A stretch of DNA of 64,000 nucleotides, taken from positions 288,001 to 352,000 of the forward strand of contig JBFWNL010000002.1 of assembly GCA_050251055.1 (NCBI GenBank), in the 5' to 3' direction. The position numbers and the translations under genes are program-made. This document shows, in pieces, positions 11,713 through 19,187 of the stretch (positions within the stretch are counted from its first letter, which is position 1; each line of letters starts with the position of its first letter). The notes under the pieces were generated by a model. The model was not told the origin of the DNA and did not search any database. It worked only from the letters and a program-made list of their open reading frames with translations. Origin of the DNA: Bacteriovoracia bacterium (GTDB lineage: Bacteria > Bdellovibrionota > UBA1018 > JBFWNL01).

Positions 11713-13386
11713 CTACTTGGAGTAGACCTCGGCGGCCTTGAGGGTCTCAAGCATGGCGTCTTCGGTAGCCGCCGACTTCTCGTCGCTCCGGATCACCGAA
11801 ATACTACCCTCGCGCAGGCCTTGGCTCACCTGCTGTTCCGTCTGCCAGTATTGGCCTTCCGGAGCCAGGCCGTTCACGAAGTTCACCAGGCGTTGCTCCG
11901 TCAGTTGAGCTTCCGTGTAATGTTTGACCGAAGCCACGTCGAGCAAATAGCCAGCGGTTGCTTTGTAAAAATAAGTAAACGCCGATGCGGCCGAGTCAAC
12001 GGCCGGCGCACCAATCGCGAAGACCGCCCGATTCTGCTCATTAGCGACGGTGCCAATCTCGGCTATAGCCCAGCCCATGCTATTTCCATTCCCGCCATTG
12101 GCGATGCTAAACGCAAAACTCCAGCTCGCGGGGTTATTGTTGCCGACGTTATAGACCCGTACTTGACCGGGAGCCTGGGCGTTCGCCGGGACCCCGACAA
12201 AAAGATGATACTGGTTGGGATTCCCCAGCACGTTTCGAATCACCCGCACCACCCAACCAAACCGCTTAATACTGGCCCCTGGCATGGTAAGAGTAGTCAC
12301 TAGCGCACGAGTCTGCGCGTTGTAGATATAAACGGCGCCAGGTAACTCTGAACAAGCCCCCACCCCACAAGCCGGGGCACCCACCACCAAATACCCTGGG
12401 GAGCCTGGCACATAGGCCATCGAATGGCCGAAACGGCTTCCACTGACTTGGCCTTCCAAAGTCGCCACCGGAGTCACCGAAGAACCACTCTCCGGAGAGC
12501 CACTCGGCGCCGGCGTCGGACGGAGGTGACTACCGTCGTAAATGTGCACGCGGCCGGCATCGACGGCTAAACTACTATCTTCTTGTTCCGCGCCGATCAG
12601 CACTTCTCCAATGCCGTCCGAGCCAACAAAGTCCCCGGCCTGAACGATAGCCCGGCCAAACCCGTCGAAGAGATTTCCCTGAGAGACTTCCACGACTTCA
12701 CCGGTCGGATGGTAGGCCACGACCGAATTGCCGGATTCAGTTCCCACCAATAAGCTCTTCCCTTCCGAATAACCAAAATCACCCGCCATAAGCGAATAAC
12801 CGAAACCGAAGTCCCCACTCAAACTAGTAAGCGGGTAAAAATTCTTCGTGTCGTAAAAGGAAACTAAGCCAGCGCCTCCCGGCTCGCCGATCGCAAGGGT
12901 CTGAATTCCAAAGCCGAAATCCCCGGTCGCTAGCGAAGAGCCGAAGCGCCCTCCCGGATTCCCCCCCACGATAGGGTTGTTGCTAGATGGCACGAGATTA
13001 CGTGAGGAATCATAGATTCGCACAACGCCGGCACCCCCAAGATCATAGGGTGCGCTGATGGCGAAACCAGACTGGCCCCCCATCATGAAATCGAGTCCAC
13101 CGCAGATTTGTAAGCCTAACGCGCTTCCGGCAGGAGCGCTCACGCTACCCAGCAGCGTGCCTCGCGTCCCTTTGACCAAGTAGGCCCGGCTCGTCGGAAG
13201 GTAGTTCAAATTAATCGACACCTGTGCTTGCAGAGTCGTCGCCACCACTTGCTGAGTGCCTAAGCTAGAGTTCTTTCCTTCGGACGTTGAAAACGCCTCC
13301 GCCGCCATCGCCTGGGGCACGAAGCAAACCAAAACCATCGCCGCGCTCGCGAGCGCGCGCTTAGATACAACCGATAAATTCACCAT
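11713..13386 (-). CDS. Secreted FG-GAP/integrin-alpha-like beta-propeller protein
   Basis: Signal peptide; repeated FGxS/A...GD...L(A/V)(I/V)GAP...GxVxIY blades (about 6-7); codon usage less GC-biased than neighbours. Confidence 0.78.
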   Translation of the reverse strand: MVNLSVVSKRALASAAMVLVCFVPQAMAAEAFSTSEGKNSSLGTQQVVATTLQAQVSINLNYLPTSRAYLVKGTRGTLLGSVSAPAGSALGLQICGGLDFMMGGQSGFAISAPYDLGGAGVVRIYDSSRNLVPSSNNPIVGGNPGGRFGSSLATGDFGFGIQTLAIGEPGGAGLVSFYDTKNFYPLTSLSGDFGFGYSLMAGDFGYSEGKSLLVGTESGNSVVAYHPTGEVVEVSQGNLFDGFGRAIVQAGDFVGSDGIGEVLIGAEQEDSSLAVDAGRVHIYDGSHLRPTPAPSGSPESGSSVTPVATLEGQVSGSRFGHSMAYVPGSPGYLVVGAPACGVGACSELPGAVYIYNAQTRALVTTLTMPGASIKRFGWVVRVIRNVLGNPNQYHLFVGVPANAQAPGQVRVYNVGNNNPASWSFAFSIANGGNGNSMGWAIAEIGTVANEQNRAVFAIGAPAVDSAASAFTYFYKATAGYLLDVASVKHYTEAQLTEQRLVNFVNGLAPEGQYWQTEQQVSQGLREGSISVIRSDEKSAATEDAMLETLKAAEVYSK

Positions 13387-13459
13387 ATGACTCCATCTGT
13401 GGGGAATGGATTCACTGGGCGCCTATTTCTAGACCCCTTCCCTGCTTCTCCAATTATAG

Positions 13460-13475
13460 AGCAACTATCGGGCCA
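13460..13475 (-). promoter_or_regulatory. Sigma54 (-24/-12) promoter of FG-GAP gene
   Basis: Minus strand TGGCCCGATAGTTGCT: GG-N10-GC spacing, 1 mismatch to TGGCAC-N5-TTGC; AT tract and GACA-N5-TGTC (13559-13571) upstream. Confidence 0.7.
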
Positions 13476-13667
13476 ATGGTTAAATAAATTTTACTTTGTT
13501 AAATATACAATACAAACAGCGAGTTAAGACCCTGCCACCTCCACTAACCCCTTGAAGTGACAGGAATTGTCCGTCTAAATATTCTACGCTGTCGAATGAC
13601 GTGACGCGAAAACCAGAAAGAAAGCAAGGCCCTATAATTCGGGCTCCTTCAAGAAAGACTAAGAAAA

Positions 13668-15176
13668 CTAGCGGTATTTCCAGGTCGTACCCTGCGGGCT
13701 ATCCTTTATATCGATTCCCTGGGCCGCCAGCTCATCCCGAATCGCATCGGAGCGGGCAAAGTCCTTCGCCTTCCGCGCCACCAGGCGCTCAGCGAGGAGT
13801 CTCTCGATTTCTTCGGTCGCAAGCCGCGCGGACGCGTCCACCCCACTCCGCTGGGCACGAATCCGGTCCAGATCGCCCAAGACCTTACCTGGCTCACCCC
13901 GCCCCACTCCCAAAATAGCGCCCAGATCCTTCTCCAGCACTTCGATGAATTGTCCCGCCCCCAACACGCAGCTTGGGGTCGCGGCAGCTAACGGCTCCGC
14001 CAAAGTCTTATTGAACTCTCGAATGAGGTTGAACACCGAGGCAATCGCGGCGGGCGTATTGAAGTCATTCGCCATGTGCTCGTCGATCTCGCGGCGAACC
14101 TTCTCGCACTCGGCCACGAACGATCCCCAAAGGGCCTCCGCGCGCTGATCGGGCATCTTCGCTTTCTTGCCCATCAACTCCTGCGCCTTCGCTTTCGCCT
14201 CGTAGATTCGCGTGAGCGCGCTCATCGTATTGTCGATGGCGTCCTCGCCGAAATCGAGCTCCGAGCGGTAGTGGACCGAAAGCAGCATGTAGCGCGCAAA
14301 CTCACCCGAAAACTGCGTCAGAAAGTCGCGCGCCAGGAACACGTTACCGATGCTCTTGGACATCTTTTCTTTGGAAAGGGTTAAATGGGCGCTGTGAAGC
14401 CAGTACCGGCAGAAAGGATCCTTGCCCGAAGCCGCTTCGCTCTGCGCGATTTCATTTTCATGATGCGGGAAGATCAGATCGATGCCGCCATGATGTACGT
14501 CAATCTGATCGCCTAGCCATTTGCTTGCCATGGCCGAGCATTCGATGTGCCAACCCGGCCGCCCTTTTCCCCACGGGCTATCCCAGCTCGGCTCGCCCGG
14601 CTTCGCGGGTTTCCACAAAGTGAAGTCCATCGGATTGCGCTTCTTCGCGCTGACCTCCACGCGCGCGCCGGCGATGAGGTCATCGAGATTCTTGTGCGAA
14701 AGCTTGCCGTAGGTGGGAAATTTTTCGATCGCGAAAAGCACCTCACCCTCCACGACGTAGCCCGCGCCGTTGGCGATGATTTTCTCGATCGTGGAAATCA
14801 TCTCCGGGATATGCTCGGTGGCCTTCGTTTTATGATCCGGCTCGATTAGACCGGCAACTGCGTAGTCCTTCTCCACCTCGGTCGTGAACTGCTTGGCAAT
14901 GACGTCGGAGGTCACGCCCTGATCGTTCGCCTTATTGATGATCTTGTCATCGACGTCCGTGTAATTCCGCACGTAAGTCAGCTCGTAACCGGCGTAGCGA
15001 AAGTAGCGCGCGAACATATCGGCCACGAGCGCCGCGCGCAGGTTGCCGATGTGAATGAGACCATAGACGGTTGGACCGCACGAATACATCGTGAGCTTGC
15101 CCGGGGTGCGGGGCTGCAGAGTTTCTTTCTTTCGGGTGCTGGTATTGGTGACGCGGATTTCGCGCGGCGTTTTCAT
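13668..15176 (-). CDS. cysS: Cysteine--tRNA ligase
   Basis: CGPTVY, HIGN, GRPGWHIECSAM, FPHHENE, KMSKS; probable ATG 15176. Confidence 0.97.
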   Translation of the reverse strand: MKTPREIRVTNTSTRKKETLQPRTPGKLTMYSCGPTVYGLIHIGNLRAALVADMFARYFRYAGYELTYVRNYTDVDDKIINKANDQGVTSDVIAKQFTTEVEKDYAVAGLIEPDHKTKATEHIPEMISTIEKIIANGAGYVVEGEVLFAIEKFPTYGKLSHKNLDDLIAGARVEVSAKKRNPMDFTLWKPAKPGEPSWDSPWGKGRPGWHIECSAMASKWLGDQIDVHHGGIDLIFPHHENEIAQSEAASGKDPFCRYWLHSAHLTLSKEKMSKSIGNVFLARDFLTQFSGEFARYMLLSVHYRSELDFGEDAIDNTMSALTRIYEAKAKAQELMGKKAKMPDQRAEALWGSFVAECEKVRREIDEHMANDFNTPAAIASVFNLIREFNKTLAEPLAAATPSCVLGAGQFIEVLEKDLGAILGVGRGEPGKVLGDLDRIRAQRSGVDASARLATEEIERLLAERLVARKAKDFARSDAIRDELAAQGIDIKDSPQGTTWKYR

Positions 15177-15249
15177 GACGGCTAGTTTCGCAGAGCCCAC
15201 TTCAAGATGCTACGCCAAAAAAGCGTCCGAACGCCTCTAAGGCAAGGCC

Positions 15250-15732
15250 TCACGACGCGAAGATCGTTTGAATCTCCTGCTCGATCGTCTCTTCCTTAGC
15301 TTGCTTGGCCAGGGAGATTTCCTTGACCAGCAGATGCTTAGCTTGATCGAGCATCTTGCGCTCACCGAACGAGAGGTCCTTGTTGTGGCGCAGGAGGAAT
15401 AAATTACGAAGCACTTCGGCGATTTCGTACACGGAGCCCGTCTTGATCTTCTCCATGTACTCGCGGTAGCGGCGGTTCCAAGTCGTATTGTCGATCTTGA
15501 CGTCGCGCTCCTTCAGAATCTTGTAAACTTTGCGAACTTCTTTATCGGTGATGATCTCGCGCAACCCCACCGACTGCGCATTATCCGTGGGGACCATAAT
15601 GGTCATAGAGTTCTCTACTACCTGGAGAACATAGAACTTTTTTTTCTTGCCACCCACGCTCTTTTCTTCTATGCGCTTGATGATAGCCACTCCATGGGCT
15701 GGATAAACGGCGTTGTCTCCCACTTTGAACAT
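15250..15732 (-). CDS. carD: CarD/CdnL-family RNA polymerase-binding regulator
   Basis: MFKVGDNAVYPAHGV, TWNRRYR, LSFGERKML; GGAGG SD before ATG 15732. Confidence 0.93.
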   Translation of the reverse strand: MFKVGDNAVYPAHGVAIIKRIEEKSVGGKKKKFYVLQVVENSMTIMVPTDNAQSVGLREIITDKEVRKVYKILKERDVKIDNTTWNRRYREYMEKIKTGSVYEIAEVLRNLFLLRHNKDLSFGERKMLDQAKHLLVKEISLAKQAKEETIEQEIQTIFAS

Positions 15733-15838
15733 CGATGTGGACCTCCAATGACGTGTTCGCTGAGTCAAAACCGCCGGGCCCCGAACGCGGGGCAGAATCA
15801 ATAGAACTCACAGAAAAGACGAATTTCGACCGGCGGTC

Positions 15839-15867
15839 AAACTAACATAATGGCGCATCTGTGTCAA
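15839..15867 (-). promoter_or_regulatory. Sigma70-type promoter of carD
   Basis: Minus strand TTGACA-N17-TAGTTT with TG extension. Confidence 0.55.
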
Positions 15868-15947
15868 CAATGACGCGGCATTATTGGGTTTTTGGATTTA
15901 TTGTGTTTTCTTTAAAAAACAAGAACTTAACTAGCAGTCGCCAGGCC

Positions 15948-17687
15948 CTAGCCCTTTAGGGAATCAAATGGATAACCACCCGCGTCAAACATTTGGGCGG
16001 CGATCAACTTACAGTAATCATCCTCGTTGCGGTCCATCGTGTGGAAGTTGTCCAGGATGCGGCGATTCGCCCGCATAAAGAAAGCCTCCGCAATCGAAAG
16101 CTCAAGCTCGCATTTCTCCGGTCCGCCCCTCTCCGCAATCATCGCCGTCACGCGCGATACCACGCACGTCATCGCGTAAAGATCGATGGCCACGTCGGCG
16201 ATGCGTTTCTGCGCGAATTGCCGCAAGTGCACCTGCTTGCCGTGTCGGCGAAGGACAACCTCCACCTGCGCGGCGAACTCCACTGCGTGCTCTTCGATCA
16301 TGGCCGCGATGCGCTTCATCGCCGGATGCGGCTTGACCATGGTCTGCCCGAAGAGGTTTTGCTTGATCTTGCGCATGGCGAAGTCGCTCACCTGTCCCAG
16401 CCCTTTGAGGGGATACTTAATCGCTTCGGCCAGGCCCGCCAGCTCGCCACCCGGGCCCTGCATGCCGGAAAGCGCGATAAACGCGCGCAAAATCTCGTTG
16501 GTCCCCTCGAAAATGCGATTAATACGGGCGTCGCGCATCCAACGCTCGAAGGGATACTCTTTCATGTAGCCGTTACCGCCCCAGATCTGGATATTTTCGT
16601 CGACCGCTTCCCAACAAATCTCGGTGGCGAAAACCTTCGCGATCGCGCTTTCGAGCGAGTAATCGACGTTGCCCCGGTCGATCAAGGAAGTCGTCATGTA
16701 AACCACGCTCTCGGCGGCGAAGATATTCATCGCCATGGTCGCGATTTTTTCTTGGATCAAGCCGAACTCATTCAGTTTCTTTTGGAACTGAACGCGTTCG
16801 TTCGCATGCTCGACCGAAGCCTTCAGGCAGAGCTTGGCCAAGCCCACGCTACCGGCCGCGAGTCCCAGGCGACCGTGGTTGAGCACCCCCATGGCGACCT
16901 TGAAGCCGTACCCTAAACCGCCCACGATGTTCTCCGCCGGCACCTTGACGCCGTCGAAGTGAATCGCGTTTGTCCAGGAAGCGCGGATGCCCAGCTTGTG
17001 CTCGGCCGGACCCACGGTCACGCCGGCCGTGGGCGTTTCCAAGATAAAACAAGTGACCTTATCTTTCTTTTGGCCGTCCTGCTCGACTTCGGTTTTCGCG
17101 AAGACCGTCATGAAATTGGCGATTCCGCCGTTAGTGATCCAAAGTTTATTGCCGGTGATCGTGTAGTACTTTCCGTCAGCGGAAGGCACCGCGCGGGTCT
17201 TGATTGAAGCCGCATCCGAGCCACTGCCCGGCTCGGTTAGGCAGTAGCAAGCCACGAGCTCGCCGCTGGCGAGGCGGGGGAGAAACCGTTTCTTCTGCTC
17301 GTCGTTGCCAAAAAGCAAAAGAGCTTTGTAGCCAATGCTTTGGTGCGCGCCCATGGTTACCGCAACGGAACCATCGATACCCGCCATCTCCTGCATCACG
17401 CGCGCATAGGCACTTTGCGGCAAGCCCAAGCCACCCATCGCTTCCGGCACCGCCAGCCCCATCAGTCCGAGTTCGGCCAAGTGGCTGAGCATCTCCCGCG
17501 GCATCTCGCCTTTTTCATCCCACTCGCGGGAGCGGACTCTTTCGGCCGCGAACTTGTTGACGGAGTCCAGAATCATGCTGACCGTTTCGCTCGTCTCGGT
17601 GGCAACGCGCGGATAGGGAAACACCAAATCCTCGCGGATTTGGCCGAAAAACATCGATTTCATGAAACTGTTCTCTGCCGAACTCAT
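15948..17687 (-). CDS. Acyl-CoA dehydrogenase (ACAD9/VLCAD-like)
   Basis: GAHQSIG, LTEPGSGSD, KLWITNG, KLGIR, QIWGGNGYM, RIFEGTNEI plus C-terminal extension; GGAGG SD before ATG 17687. Confidence 0.92.
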   Translation of the reverse strand: MSSAENSFMKSMFFGQIREDLVFPYPRVATETSETVSMILDSVNKFAAERVRSREWDEKGEMPREMLSHLAELGLMGLAVPEAMGGLGLPQSAYARVMQEMAGIDGSVAVTMGAHQSIGYKALLLFGNDEQKKRFLPRLASGELVACYCLTEPGSGSDAASIKTRAVPSADGKYYTITGNKLWITNGGIANFMTVFAKTEVEQDGQKKDKVTCFILETPTAGVTVGPAEHKLGIRASWTNAIHFDGVKVPAENIVGGLGYGFKVAMGVLNHGRLGLAAGSVGLAKLCLKASVEHANERVQFQKKLNEFGLIQEKIATMAMNIFAAESVVYMTTSLIDRGNVDYSLESAIAKVFATEICWEAVDENIQIWGGNGYMKEYPFERWMRDARINRIFEGTNEILRAFIALSGMQGPGGELAGLAEAIKYPLKGLGQVSDFAMRKIKQNLFGQTMVKPHPAMKRIAAMIEEHAVEFAAQVEVVLRRHGKQVHLRQFAQKRIADVAIDLYAMTCVVSRVTAMIAERGGPEKCELELSIAEAFFMRANRRILDNFHTMDRNEDDYCKLIAAQMFDAGGYPFDSLKG

Positions 17688-17721
17688 GACGGTGACCTCC
17701 TCGCCACAGCGTACCGGTCTT

Positions 17722-17774
17722 TGACATTTTGTCGATGAAAAAGGCGGCATTTCAGCGGCTCCGACAATTTGTCA
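17722..17774. promoter_or_regulatory. Paired palindromic enhancer-like sites upstream of gsp operon
   Basis: TGACATTTTGTCG (17722-17734) and CGACAATTTGTCA (17762-17774), 40 bp apart. Confidence 0.6.
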
Positions 17775-17837
17775 GTTCCCGACCGAAACGAACGTCGGCG
17801 GAACGCCGGAGACGAGGGTTCACCCGGGCGCGCGGCC

Positions 17838-17852
17838 TGGCACCGGTCTTGC
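17838..17852 (+). promoter_or_regulatory. Sigma54 (-24/-12) promoter of gsp operon
   Basis: TGGCACCGGTCTTGC, exact TGGCAC-N5-TTGC, 50 bp before gspC start. Confidence 0.85.
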
Positions 17853-17902
17853 GATGTAACGCCTAAGTCTAGACTCAGCGTTAGGAAATTCGCGAAAGAA
17901 AA

Positions 17903-19147
17903 ATGGCGCCCGACTTCAATCAAATCAAATCCCGCGTGTCGGCCACGGCCCGCAACCTCGGACACAAGCTCGGTTCCGGCGCGAAAGCCGCCACGTCCGT
18001 CGTACAGCGCGGGGTCGCCGCCGTCAGCGCGCGCTTTCGCAAAGGAGGCGCGGCCCCCACCGCGGATGCCGATTCTCCGCAAGGCACGGGACCGCGCTTC
18101 AATGTAGCGGATCTCAGCACGCGCATCCGGGATCTCGGTGATCGTTTCACCACGCGTATCCGTGACTTCAACATCAAAGACTTGGCGAAAACCCACCCCA
18201 AGGTCTACCAAACGGTGGGCCGTGGACTCGAGTACGCGTACGACAAGGTCAAGGCCTCCGTCGATAAGCGCGGTGTTTCATTTTACGGCAAGGCGATCAC
18301 CATTGTGCTCACGACCTACTTCCTGGCTGACTTGCCCTCGCTCTACATCGAGCGCCTGATTCCCGAGCCGCCCGTGGTGCACGACACCGGCGGGGCCGCG
18401 GACGGGCGCGCCCAGCGCGAACTCTCCGACTACGAAGTGATTTTTAGCCGAAATCTATTTAACAGCCGCGGACTGATCCCCGACGAAGGCAGCGGCGAAG
18501 CTGGCGATCCCAACGGAGTCGCCACGCCCACCACCCTCCCCTTCGATCTGATCGGTACGCTGATCCTTCGCGACGATCGCCGCTCACTCGCGACGATCAT
18601 GGATCGCACCGACCAAAAGGTTTACCCGGTCATGGTCGAAGACGAAATTCCGGGCAAAGCAAAAATCACTAAGGTGGAAAGCATTCGGGTGACCTTCGTG
18701 AATCTCCGGACCCGCCGCAACGAGTTCGTGGCCCTGCCCGACGACCAGATCGTCATCAATCCGCGCAACACGCGGCCAGCCCCCACGGGGACTGGCAAAA
18801 ACCGCATCGAGAAGGTCGGCGAGAATCGGGTGGTCGTGGCGAAGGCCGAAGTGGACGAGCAACTCGCGGACTTCAACCGGGTCATTACCCAGGCACGGGC
18901 GGTTCCCAACTACGAAAACGGCGTGCAAGACGGCTACAAACTATTCCAAATCGTTCCGGGCAGCATCTACGAAAAACTCGGCATCGAAAACGGCGACGTG
19001 ATCCGCGGGATCAACGGCGACCCCATGACCGACCCGGGCAAGGCTTTCGAACTATTGAACGAACTAAGAGGGGGCGGGCTCACGCACGCGGAGTTGAACG
19101 TGCGCCGCAACGGGAAGGATCAGACGCTTGTCATTGATATTCAATAA
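17903..19147 (+). CDS. gspC: Type II secretion protein C (TM, HR, PDZ) with long N-terminal extension
   Basis: RNLFNS, LIGT...SLATI HR domain, QARAVP..GYKLFQIVPGSIYEKLGIENGDVI PDZ; first gene of cluster. Confidence 0.88.
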   Translation: MAPDFNQIKSRVSATARNLGHKLGSGAKAATSVVQRGVAAVSARFRKGGAAPTADADSPQGTGPRFNVADLSTRIRDLGDRFTTRIRDFNIKDLAKTHPKVYQTVGRGLEYAYDKVKASVDKRGVSFYGKAITIVLTTYFLADLPSLYIERLIPEPPVVHDTGGAADGRAQRELSDYEVIFSRNLFNSRGLIPDEGSGEAGDPNGVATPTTLPFDLIGTLILRDDRRSLATIMDRTDQKVYPVMVEDEIPGKAKITKVESIRVTFVNLRTRRNEFVALPDDQIVINPRNTRPAPTGTGKNRIEKVGENRVVVAKAEVDEQLADFNRVITQARAVPNYENGVQDGYKLFQIVPGSIYEKLGIENGDVIRGINGDPMTDPGKAFELLNELRGGGLTHAELNVRRNGKDQTLVIDIQ

Positions 19148-19187
19148 GGCATTCAGTAAGCCGACGGGTCGGCTTGAAGGAGCGGAT

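Noticed and set aside
11713-13600. Mobile element or genomic island call for lower-GC segments (also 54790-55536)
   Set aside because: No integrase, transposase, terminal repeats or tRNA target seen; composition alone is insufficient.
19158-19175. Hairpin AAGCCGAC-GG-GTCGGCTT before gspD as terminator
   Set aside because: No U-tract and sits mid-operon; at most a stabilising or processing stem.
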